Shown in pieces: positions 41,495 to 52,992 of a stretch of DNA of 64,000 bases (positions are counted from its first letter, which is position 1; each line of letters begins with the position of its first letter). The notes under the pieces were generated by a model, which saw nothing but the letters and a program-made list of their open reading frames with translations, made no database searches and had not been told where the DNA came from. Position numbers and translations under genes: made by a program. Source of the stretch: Botryllus schlosseri (lineage: Eukaryota); assembly GCA_051294905.1 (NCBI GenBank), contig CM119372.1, forward strand, positions 19,780,001 to 19,844,000, in the 5' to 3' direction.

Positions 41495-42441
41495 CCAGGA
41501 AGTAGGAACACTGTAATGAATTTAACACGCAGTAGCCTGATCACTGTAGCTGCAGGCAAGAATGCCCCTTGCATATTCAGACATCGTCTTTACGGCGCCA
41601 CGTCATTTTTCAAATAATGTGACCCTAAAATTTTACATTCTGGCAATACTTTTGACCAAGGATATATAACTGATCTGAGTGCATATCGCCGGGCTATACA
41701 TACACAAACTTTTCAATATTGGATCCAGTCAATTGGGCCAAGGTAGCCTATCTTATTTGCTTCGAGTGAGTAATAGAGTTTCGACTTCTGGAACTTGAAA
41801 CCCGCGGTCTCAGGATAGGATAAAATCTATTGCAAGCAAGACGGCTGGCCTGGTCTATTTTCGTCTTTGTCATATGAACTTCACCCGTACTACGACCAGG
41901 TTTACAGACTGCCAGTCCTAGATTAATCTCAGGATATTAAAGAGTCTGTAGACAAATACTAATTGCTATCTCTTCAGTCTTCAAGTATAAATTATTTGAA
42001 GCACGTCAAAATCCTTCCTCATTCACAAGTATTTTTTTTTATGAATAAACACAAGATTTGCGGAATCTCGAAAAAAAAATTACACTTGAACACTAGGTCA
42101 ATTCAAAATACACTAGATCCAGTATAAAACACTAGGAGTTGCAACACTGATATCAGATAGGCCTATCTACATTAAAATGATTGAGAGCCTTATATAGGCA
42201 ATGTCATGACTTCTTCTTTGATTACTGTACTCTGAATAGTCATTGACTCAATGACATTTAGTAATACTGTGTATGACAACACAATCATTTTGGTTAGTCA
42301 ATGTACTTCCGGGTGGTGCAAAGAATAGGTGGTTTATTGTAAATATGCTTTATTGCCAACATGCTTCTGCTCTGTTATTAAATCATTGTTAATTTTGAAT
42401 AGACTTTAGACATTACAGTAGGCCTACTTCTAGCACAAATC

Positions 42442-45400
42442 ATGAAGATGCAACAGGATGTGGCGGCGCTACTTTCAGGACTGTGCTTGGTCCTGATCCT
42501 ATTAGGAATGTCATGGTTATGGGGTGAGCCATATCTGACGCCGTAGGCCTACCGGTATATAACGATTGATGTGAGCGGTCACCGGTCATAGATTTACAGG
42601 TGGTTGTGATAGTAGATCGGTTTTAATGCTCGCAGAATGCCTAATTAGTAATTACTATCGCGTTACGGAATTGCCTTTCTACAGGAGATCTTGCTGGATG
42701 GGAAGCGAGCTCCGGTTACACACACAATGATTCTGCCAACAGTCAAAACCGCTTAATGTCGGAACCGTACGAATGTGACGACGCAGAAATCTCTGGTAGT
42801 CACACCACACACTGTTTAGTACGCACTAACTGTGAACATTGATTAAAATACACGCTTATACCGTTGCACAGGACGCAGACGAGAAGGATGCACCGGTACT
42901 TGGTATTATTGGAAACTGCCACCGTCAGAAGCGACAGCCGTTACTCGGGCTGTTGTTTGGCTGATGTACTCTCTCCATCAGATATTCATCTGGGGATTAA
43001 TCTATCGAGCGCAGCTCACGGTGGCGAGACAGGCGTCGCAAGGAATTGTGGATCCTTACAGGTTGGTTTCGTACAGTCTTGAAATCTATGTGCCAAAAGT
43101 GTCTTTGTTACGTTCGTTCTTCTAAGCGTAGGAATCAATGCGACCGGAACTGTTAAGATTAAGAACTAACTAACTATAGTTGTATTTACTTGGCGCAGTT
43201 AGTTCTGGCTCTGGTTCCTGGCATTTATTACAATTTCATCATTTAATGTGGGGTTTGATCGGACTAGTTCATATCGTTTATTCTCATCGGATACCTAACA
43301 CTGTGTGTGTGTTTTTGTATCTCCAATGTCCAATATACAGTAGCGTTTCCCTATTTTTGCTAACGACGCCCTTTGAAAATTTATCAACACTACTAGCGGA
43401 ACCCTCTTGAATTCTATCTTTCGGAACTTTCCAGATAGGCCCTCACTACAAAGGAAATCACAATATTCACGTCACTCAAAATCATTTGCTAGCTAACCTT
43501 TGCGCGATCAGAGTTTATTTTAGAATAATTGTAGGGCGTCACCGATGAGTTTCACACATGTTCAAAGAACGCAGTTATATTGGATTTACATGATTGTGAC
43601 TGTGACTGATATCATTTTTAAAATCCATGACTTTTTTGCATACCGTATAATAATTACCGGAAACAGAATCTAAAACGAAAATGGCGGGCATGTCCGGGGA
43701 AATCAGAAAGTATGGAGACAATTGCCTAACATTTTAAAGGTGTGCTGTATAAACCAATAGTAGTATTGTAATCTCTATTCCTTACAGTGGAAAACTTAGA
43801 TGGTTCAACTGGGGCATGCTGGCTGTAAATGGATTGTTTCACATTTTGCATCTGGTGCAAACCCACACTACGTACGATGGCCTGGCGCAAGATGTAACAA
43901 TCTCAAGCTCGCAGGTTAACTCATGTAGGCTACCTAATATAGTTTATCTGTGAATTTAATTAGAGAATGTATCTAAAGGAGGCCTCTCTTTTTCGAACCA
44001 ATGGAGCGATCTGAAGTTGACCACTAGGGATGGTGTGAACCTCTGAAAGGTTCAGGTTCGTGTGAACGTGAACCTTTTTGAAAGGTTCTGTGTGAACGCG
44101 AACGTGAACCTCATGACGTCACGTGACGTCATATTGCAAATTCCAACCCTACATTTCAGTGAAGTGATAGCCTATATTAACACTAGAACTACCGGAACTT
44201 CGAACTACCTAGAACTACCATGTGGCTTTTTTGACGCATGTTGAATCTTCTTCGATTAAATGCATTTACCGGAGCTAAGAATCAGCCCAAATCTCAACAA
44301 ACGGCATCAGAAACCGTTGTTTATTGCGCTCACATCTACTTGTAATATTTTACATACACCTTAGGTCAACACTTATAAAACAAATCGCCATTTTTTGGTG
44401 TAACATACAAGTGGTGCTCTGGTGCGCATTTGGTATTTGAGCAAGTTCTTTAAAAATTTAGAGTAGGTTCCAGATCCGCTTTAGCCACATCATCATTGTT
44501 GGTTATTGCTGACATATCATAAAGCTTATCAGATAAGATTTGCATAATTCAATTTTGCAACGAATCCACGATTTGCATATTTTTAGAGTATCGGCATTTT
44601 GGCAAGTAGACGATCATTCACATTCTAAGAAAACATGCACGGACCATCGTTGACTTGTTGGTACCCTCATAGAATACTGCCTTGCAACCTGACCAATAAT
44701 ATCCCCCTGGTTTTGTTTCGTTATAACATTTAACCGTCACTGGTTTCTTGTTTGTGTTGTTTCTGAAGGAAACAGTTACCTCAGGTTGCAGTGAACTCAA
44801 TATATATGTGTACAAATTTGATCTCTACACTGGCATCTCGCAGTTACGCTTATCAACAAGATGATAGCTTTTAAAAGTGTGGCTACTTGAAGCTGTCTGT
44901 GTTCCTTCTGGTCCTGGGTAGCTTCAAGCAACTTTTGACAATAGTGTCAACTGGGACTTCGTTTGTTTCTCGAAGCGTATATAGCCACATTCACGTAACA
45001 TTGTTTCGAGATGGATTACATCAGACTCTTCACATTACTATGATTGGCAAATGTATAGATTATGGAAGAGGTGTCCTGTCCTATCCTTGCCTATATATGA
45101 GACGCCCTTGTACAGATACTTGGTAGCAGCAGCGTCCACCATCTGACATTTTACCACAATTGTTTGCTGGCATTTCGACCATGTAATGAACGAAAACAAT
45201 ATTATCTTTATCGAATCCACACCTCTTTTTAATCCTTATGGCAATGGAAAGATCATGGCTTCCATAAATCTGTTCTTCGAGAGGGCCTGACTGAACATAA
45301 TGCACCCATGCCCTCAGCCCTCATATGCATTCAATTCACTAGATTCAGCTCACTCTACCCCCGAATATCCATCTCGTAGACCGGAGCAAAGACCCTTTGC

Positions 45401-48093
45401 CCTTGTACAACCCTAGTATATTAGTATGGACAATACAGATGTCGGCTTGGTCTAATGGTACATTTCAAATTTCATGTCCTGTAACACGCTGAGCTCCAGA
45501 AATATAATATTACAGAGCTTTGGTGACTTGGAACGAGGAAGATCCAGGGCCTTCTATTACAAGGGATGTTGGGGCTAACACAGTTAGACCAAGTCGATAT
45601 TAACAAAGTTCTGTTGTTACAAACGGCTTTTCTGCGTTTATCAGATACATTACCACTTTCAAGAATATGAAACTGCGATGCCTGAAGGTAGAAAAAAAGT
45701 GTAATGCGTCAAAAAAGCCACTCGGTAGTTCTAGGTAGTTCTGTGTATAACTTTTTTATTTGTACTAGATGAGTGATGAAAATCATAGGTAAGGTGGCCT
45801 ACATAAAATAAATAAAAGTCAAGAAGTTTCAGCAGAACAGCGTAAGATTTGACTGAATGCCAGCTCTTCAAAAATGAAAATGCGTCAAAAAAGCCACTTG
45901 ATCGTTCTAGTGTTAATGTATAGATTGTGCACGATGCCTAGCGACGACTCGGGCCACATAATGCCACAATACTGAAGTATTTATTGACGTTTTGAATCTC
46001 GCCAAATGTATCAACTGCGGCAATCAAATAATATGATGATCCCATGACATCAATATTTTCCGTCGCTTTGCCAACAATTTCGACGACGACTTGCAAGGAA
46101 TATTAAGCGTACGCCTCAACGGTCTGGGCCAGACCAAACAATGTATTCGGCGTCTGAGTATTGCTACGATGATACTGAGCAGAGTGTAAAACGGATTTCT
46201 ATATACTTGGTACCGATATTACCCCATTAACTATAGTTATACAGCTGTAGCCAACACCCCAATCGTACGGGTTTAGTTTCTATGATACAATATACATATG
46301 AAGTCAAGATTGACCTCGTACGCCTACTAGATTTTTTATATCAGACAACGATATCAATTTCATTGATTGCTTGAACTCCATGCTCGTCATGCTCCATGCT
46401 CGTTTAGTGTTGATTTTTTTACGCTGCCAGCGCCATGCATAGAGTGCCCCACATTTGAAATGCAATAGATTTTATACAAACATGTTATAATGAAGTGGAA
46501 AATTGTAATATATGAAAAGGTTCACAGTGCAGAACCTACCAAGGTTCGTTTGTGAACGTGAACCTCTAAATTACGGAGGTTCACACACAGAACGCGAACG
46601 TGAACCTCACGTTCACACCATCCCTATTGACCACCATTTCGTTCACTGGTATATGAAACATGCATTTGGGCGTCGTGCTGACATTGCATCTTGGACGTCG
46701 GATACATTTTCCTAAATATTAAAAATATTGTCTATATAAGTGAACCGGGAGAATTCACATTGTTAGAGATGACTTCAGATCTGTCATCGCGAACCTGTCG
46801 CGAGACTTGCAGAACAACATACCTACACTATTTCTAATATTCTTCTTTTCACTCTTCGAATAAGGCATCTGTGATCATGATGGTATGCTTCATTCTGCTT
46901 ATCGAGTACAGACACAGAGGGTTTGCCTTTATGTGGCCCAATGAGGAGTCAACAGGAGCAATAGCGAACAAGATTCGTCTTGATCAAGGTCCACTGAGGT
47001 TGATCAGAAAGTATGGCGATACTATATATGCAGCTATAGAAAGACTGATTACTGACTACACCACTTTATATCACAGATACCACGGTTACGCATTCTCATG
47101 GGCTTGCATTTACACTTTCTGGTATCATCCGATGGAAAACACATGGGGGCATACACTAGGATTCTTCCACACGGCAATAGTGCTTCTACAAGGGAGTCTC
47201 GCTTTCACGAAGATCCATCTGAACAGGTATATGAGTTTAGTCCTTTATGAATTGAACATTTACCAATAACATCAGTGTCCGTTTTCATATAGATATTGGA
47301 GACTTTTAAACGAATGTTGGGTATTGATACATGCAACCACGGTTGCTGTACAGACCGGAAATCCGGGAATATCCGCAAAGAGTGATCTTTGGCCCATATT
47401 TGCTTTTGGGTTCGGATTTGTGTTTGCATTCACACAGGTTTGGTTGACTATATACATGAAATCGCAATGTCCACATCCATTCACAGTAACACAAACTTGT
47501 CGCAGATTTTCAGTCTTCCCTTCTGGAGAAAAGTACCTGCCTGGTGTCGCGCGATACCGGCATTAATACACGTCACGACTGTGACGGCATTGTGTGGAAC
47601 AATAGTCCAAGGAAGGAACGGCTCAAGCAACGGATTCACGAGAATGATCGATATGTTTTTTATTCCGGCTCAAGAATACCTGCAAGCTATTTTATCGTGG
47701 TTTCTGCTGTATATGTTTATTCGTATTGTTTCATATATCAAAATGAAGTGCCGTGAAATGCGAAGCGGGGAACAGGAGGAGTCGGAGATCCACGAAGATC
47801 CATCTCCCGCAAAACAGGCTCTCCTAATTTGTCTGTCCGTTACAGTTTACGCTCTCCTGATATTCGGCTCTTACCTCTTTCAACAAGCGGACTACGAGTA
47901 TAACATGACTACAATCATGATTGCGTTCACCGCCCTGTTTTCTCTTGGCGCGTGCTTTGGGAAAATATTCATGCAAGAACTTTTGGAACGTACACACCCA
48001 CTGCAACCACAAAAGAGCAACAATAAAGTCGGGGGTTCTAAAAGCCATGAAAGATATGCGAGTGAAGCGTTTAGCGCAGGAATGGATTCATAA
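42442..48093 (+). CDS. Uncharacterised His-rich multi-pass membrane protein, paralog B (512 aa)
   Basis: Exons 42442-42523, 42685-42795, 42872-43061, 43788-43914, 46865-47010, 47077-47226, 47293-47437, 47506-48093 (1539 nt). Exons 1-7 have the same lengths as in paralog A (82/111/190/127/146/150/145). AATAAA at 48132. Confidence 0.92.
44181..45912 (-). mobile_element. Defective piggyBac transposon
   Basis: TTAA on both sides, TIR CACTAGAAC / GTTCTAGTG, subterminal inverted repeats gtggcttttttgacgca (~44222; inverted at ~45705 and ~45881). Confidence 0.88.
44590..45310 (-). pseudogene. piggyBac transposase remnant (frameshifted)
   Basis: Fragments EEQ..KKRCGF..HYM..MPA, MVDAAATKYLYKGVSYIGKD, ILSSLQP..KKPVTVKCYNETKPG/DIIGQVARQYSMRVPTSQRWSVHVF resemble the piggyBac DDD transposase blocks DEQL..RC.F.QYMP, DA.T.Y.....Y.GK and KP.....YN.TK.GVD..DQ....YS....TRRW. 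Confidence 0.8.
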
Positions 48094-48323
48094 AATCATT
48101 TGCGTTGGATTGTTTTTTATTAAATTCGACTAATAAATAGCAAACAGCCTACATCTATTCGAATCTCGTACCTCTTCGTATTTCAGAGACTTCTTTCACC
48201 AATTGGTCGATACCGGCGAAAAATGTAATTTTAGGCTACCGTATTTTCAGCACCCAAAAAGGGGTGTACAACGAAAGTAATATTATTGTTACGTGTGAGT
48301 TTGATGATGTTTTACATTTAGGA

Positions 48324-49313
48324 CAGTGGTTCTCAACCTTTTTGGCTTCGTGGACCCCTTTTGACCGTCACTGACCCTCGCGGACCCCCTCAAGTTTTAG
48401 TTCAAATTTAGCTCAATTATGGTGCATTGGTGCAACCGTCATCTGCCTTGTGCAAATATGAACTGTAGGCTTGTGATAACAGCAACAAAATGACTTTACT
48501 TGAAAATAACATCATACAATTTATGTAGAAATTAGGGGGACTTTTATTATCATTTCAAAGCTAATTTTGCAACTGTATTTCTTGAAGTACGTGGTCGTGT
48601 CTTGAAAATCTGCGTCTTCGATTTGACATGAACGATGAGTGCCAAAAATCCATTTCCACAGAGATAGATGGAGGCTAATGCAATATTAACGCGCAACGCT
48701 TCCGACGGTACTTTTGGTGTGATCACAACATTTATAGCACCAAAATGAAGAAACATATTTTTAAGGAACATATCACGTCCAGCCTAGTCATTTTATCTAG
48801 CATCTCATCTTGAAGTTATTCTAGAATAGTGGTTATGTATATCACAGGATAAAATGGATTTCGTGGCGATGTTTCAATCCCTTCATTAGGACAAATGAGG
48901 GAAAAAAATTCGAATATTTTTATTTCGAAAGACTGTTCACTAATTTGATGAGGCTGACAACGTCAAATAGAAAAGGTTTCGCAAGCATTACGAAGTCACC
49001 CTGATTGACTTTACTGTCTTCATATTGTTATTTTTTCCACAAACCCCAACAAAATGTCTTTAAACAGCAATACGTTTGTATCTGTAGGTTATTGACAATT
49101 TGACAATTAAAATGAATTTGCACAGTAGATATTTCATGTCAGACGATTATTATGATGATGTGAGTCATGGGGTTGTAGCAGTTGTGGTGCGAAACTGCCT
49201 CAGGCTTTCTCAAATTAAAAAAATTAAAAAGTAGGTTATCAATCATTTTGAAAATTTAGAGGTCTCGCGGACCCCCTGGAATTGCTTCGCGGACCCCCGG
49301 TTGAAAACCACTG
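48324..49313 (+). mobile_element. Charlie-like MITE (GCGGACCCC family), uninterrupted
   Basis: cagtggttctcaacc / ggttgaaaaccactg; perfect TSD ATTTAGGA. Confidence 0.9.
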
Positions 49314-49329
49314 ATTTAGGATATACTTA

Positions 49330-49920
49330 GTTGTTGTTGTTGTTGTTGTTGCTTATTAAAAGAAAAAATTGGCGCTTATCACCTGTTGGTATTTTGCACC
49401 ACGGTCAATAATTGCGTAAGAAAGGATACTTGGTAGTTGTAGGCAAAGGTTGCAAGAACAGACACAAATTTATTTTTCAGATTCTAGCCCATGAATACTG
49501 TGCGGTTCCATGAACTTTTGTCTTTTGTCAATAAGGAATGATCATTTTTAACTCGTTCGTTAACTTGTTCACAGAAAATATCATTGGAATTATATGCAAC
49601 CGTCAAGATGCTCTTAACTGATTCAATAGGTCTGTTAAGTTCGAACTTGCCTTGGAAGAATTCGAGAGAGAGAGAGATATGATATTCTTGTTCGCCTGCA
49701 CCAACGAGATGCTTTGACGACGGAGTTGCGATACGGCCCCATGAGGTCATCTAGTCTACGCCCCCGTTTTTTTTCTCCTCCATGCTATCCGTGATTGCTG
49801 AGCGCCTAGCAGGGTAGCTGCGGACACCCATTTTCAAGTCTTTGGTATGACCCGGCCGGGGATCGAACCCACGACCTGCCGCTCGAGAAGCCGGACGCAT
49901 AACCATTACACTATCTCGCT
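49330..49920 (-). mobile_element. tRNA-derived SINE with (AAC)n tail
   Basis: Minus-strand head agcgagaTAGTGTAATGG..GGTTCGATCCC then gtcataccaaagacttgaaaatgg..gctaggcgctcagca (resembles the MetaSINE central domain, from memory); GTT repeat at 49330-49351; continuity of head and tail is inferred. Confidence 0.7.
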
Positions 49921-50164
49921 GGAAGAATTCGACAGATACAATTTTCAAATTTGTTATCGTGCAAGCGGGTTACCATATTTTGGGATCCGGAAAGAAGGAC
50001 ACTTTTTGCAACTCATAAAAGTCAGATTACCGGACTGAAACACTGCTTATTCTAAAATTTGTAAAATAATTCTTGTGCTGCCTCCTTTGCCGATTTCAAA
50101 ATATGCTAACCCTAGATAAGGGTGGGGCGCGAAATTTTTCACTATCATAAAGGGAGGGACGTGT

Positions 50165-50735
50165 ATCATCATCATCATTGGTTTATTAGCAATTTTATCA
50201 GTTCAATACACCACAAAAATGCGATACAATGAAAGAAAGGAAGATGTCGAAGCGACTAGGTTGTCTATGGAATCTGACACCCACCTTGGCCTAGGCGATG
50301 TAAAGAGGAGGCATGCACACTGAATGAAAGTAAAGAAGATAGTATAGAAAAAGAAAGCGACAAGAAATAGGGCGGCATGTTATGGGAAGCGAGATCGATA
50401 GGTCAGTCGTGGTCCGGTAATCTTGAGGATGGACTGTATTTATTTAGTAGTAATTGCTTGTATTTCGACTTGAATGTGGACATGCTCGTCGACTGTCGGA
50501 TGGCCGGCGGGATACTGTTCCACACATCAGGTCCGGCATATTTGATAGAGCGATGATCTTTTCGGTCGATCATATGATATTTGGACGACGTGGACGCGCG
50601 TGTGTTGTACTTGTGCGCTTTTGATTCCGAGGTAAAGAAGTCATTGAAATATTCGGGGCAACGACCGCAGTGAAACTGATACATAAACTTGGCGATTTCT
50701 AGTTTCCGCATATCTTCTATGTGTTTAAAATAGTT
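50165..50735 (-). mobile_element. 5'-truncated non-LTR retrotransposon (CR1/L2-type) 3' end, inside a GAGGAC-repeat MITE (~49966-50908)
   Basis: LEIAKFMYQF..P.YF..FF....H.YNTR..SIKYAGP.VWNSIP..IR...S...FK is typical of the ORF2 C-terminus; minus-strand AATAAA followed by an (ATG)n tail at ~50165-50187. Confidence 0.82.
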
Positions 50736-51348
50736 TGAGAAAAACTGCGTTAGAACGTCCACATTGCAGATTTCGAATCATTTATTTCCACTTTAGAACC
50801 TGGTTGTCAAAGCTATACAGGAGGACGAATTTCCAAAAAGGAGGACATTTAGGAGTCCTCGGAGAAAATTTTCGATTTCCCGAAAAAGGAGGACGTGTGG
50901 TAACCCTATTATCGAAACAGTTTTACTTGTGTAAATCAAGCAAAATCAGTCTCATCCACTTTTGTATATACCAAATTCTAAAAAATGAAATGTTTTGCTT
51001 CAAAAACTGTTGGAAGTGGGATTATAGCAAGTCCCAAAACATTATCCACTTTTACCATGTAATAGGGCCGATCAAGGCTTTTCCTACGATTGGAATACTT
51101 ATGTGTATATCGATCAAAGTGAAAATTCATCAGCATTACGGCAGTTTTTTGCATTTTGATATCAAATATAGATTCACAATCTCGATACTATTCCATAATA
51201 GCTATTCGTCATTATGGCGTCGCTATTTTTGAATAAACCTCCCAAAGAGGGCTCATATTTAGAAATAGGCCTACTGCATAACTCATACTCATAATATGAT
51301 GGAGAACTAAATTATAAAACTCCTGTAGAGCAGTGAGAGAAAGAGGAG

Positions 51349-51600
51349 ATATATTCTTTTTCGCCTGCACCATCAAAGATGCTTTGGCGACGGAGTTGCG
51401 ATACGGCCGTGAGGTCATCTAGTCTGCGACCCCGTTTTTTTTTTTTTTTTTCTTTTCCTCCACGCTATCCGTGATTGCTGAGTGCGTAGCAGGATAGCTG
51501 CGGATACCAATTTTCAAGTCTTTGATATGACCCGGCCGAGGATCGAACCCACGACCTACTGCTCAAGAAGCCGGGCGCATCACCATTACAATATCTCTCT
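51349..51600 (-). mobile_element. tRNA-derived SINE, second copy
   Basis: High similarity to 49681-49920, including A/B boxes. Confidence 0.75.
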
Positions 51601-51894
51601 CGGTGGTTCTGAAACTTTGTTAGACACGACTCCATTAATGATAGTGAAAAATTTCGTGCCCCCATTATCGTCATATCACAATATGCAACCAGAATGCTAG
51701 TAATCTCAACAGGTAGTTTGATGGCATGGAAGAGGTTATGACTTGATGAGAGAGTTCTCAAATATGAAATTAGGACTATACACAGAGCAATAACTACGCA
51801 GCGCGAAAATAATTTTAAGTTGACCGCAGCTTCGCGCCCCCTTCAGATGCTTACACGCCCCCAAGGGGGTGCTCCCCCAGTTTGAGAACCACTG
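51601..51894 (+). mobile_element. Short Charlie-like MITE; related copies at ~56034-56210 and 57655-57961
   Basis: c(a/g)gtggttct.aaact..tttgagaaccactg termini; shared internal gcccccttatcgt.atat.ac. Confidence 0.65.
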
Positions 51895-52199
51895 CTATAG
51901 AGGATTTGTAAAATGTGCAGCAAGGAATGACTTGTTATGGTTCATTTGTTATGTTATATCAGTCATCAAAATCGAGGCATTGATTATTTCAGTTTAATTT
52001 TCTAGCAACTGAATATTTGAATATGACTATGGAATGAAATATAATCATTGATTTTTTTCCTCTTACTACCTCTACAATCCATTTCTATGGAATCAGGATG
52101 ACATCGATGGCATAATCCGTTGACACAATGCTGTTCGTTGATATGCGCCACTTCCTCGTAACGAACGAACTGAGCAGATGCGAAATGTAACCTCGTTTA

Positions 52200-52612
52200 T
52201 TGTAAGGGGGAAAACCCGGCTTTGGGAGAATCATGTCGTCGTTGGTGGTTGGGTAAGGTCGAGAGTGAGTGTCCGAGTGAGTACCCTACCTATATAGTTC
52301 CCGTTTTCTCCATTATACCGCCGAGATGCGAAACTTTGAAAAGGAAGTTACAATTGTTCTTTTATCGATCGACTACGTAATTCCGGAGAACATTGTCAGT
52401 TGGCAAGTTGGGCTTACTGTCATTTTTGTAAAGTATGTTACGTTACGATTATGAGTTCTCAAACAAGCATGATTGCGTGCATGCATGGTGTAACAAGTTT
52501 CATATGTATAAAATTAGCGCTAAATATTTCAGCCTACTGTTATTCAGCCTGAAAACTGATCTCGTTATTCCCTCAATTCAACCAGACAGTCTGGTCCTTG
52601 GAAATTGAAAAT
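52200..52612 (+). promoter_or_regulatory. Putative IRF promoter and 5'UTR exon with kB-like, ETS-like and ISRE-like motifs
   Basis: GGGAAAACCC 52208-52217, TATATAG 52291, AGGAAGT 52342, donor AA|GTATGT at 52432/52433, GGAAATTGAAA 52600-52610; acceptor at 52968 precedes the ATG at 52993. Confidence 0.35.
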
Positions 52613-52992
52613 AAAGTTAATAAAAAAGTATTATTTATAACTTTGCATATCAACCCTTTATATTGAATCTATTTTAGTCAATTCTATATTAAAGTTCTGT
52701 ACCTCCAAGAGTCTTTTCATACACTTATATATGATCGAGAATTCGCCAACTTCTTGATAATCCACGTTTGTTTGTGAAGGCAAAGTATGTGTGGTGCATC
52801 TATAATAACCCAAAGTTAAGGTTGAATTACAATGAACCATATTCTATCCAAATTGCTTTCAAGTGAGGATAATTTACAAGATGATCCGAGTAAAATGATT
52901 ATTCGATAGTCACTGTACCTTGTAAAAGTTCATAATTATTATCATTTTCTTATTCCTTATTTTCTTAGAAATTATAGTCAGAATTGCAAATC

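Larger units (their letters stand above)
44025..46626 (-). mobile_element. hAT Ac-like MITE in intron 4 of paralog B, interrupted by a piggyBac
   Basis: TAGGGATGGTGTGAAC TIRs; perfect TSD TTGACCAC. Confidence 0.92.

Noticed and set aside
21613..48093. Bacterial contamination as the source of the bacterial-like genes
   Set aside because: Seven spliceosomal introns at identical positions in both copies, and animal-type TEs and genes are interleaved
49840..49920. tRNA genes (also ~51520-51600 and ~13010-13056)
   Set aside because: A/B boxes run directly into shared SINE bodies and there is no convincing acceptor stem
50735..51232. 165-aa ORF
   Set aside because: Overlaps a MITE end and AT-rich DNA; no recognisable domain
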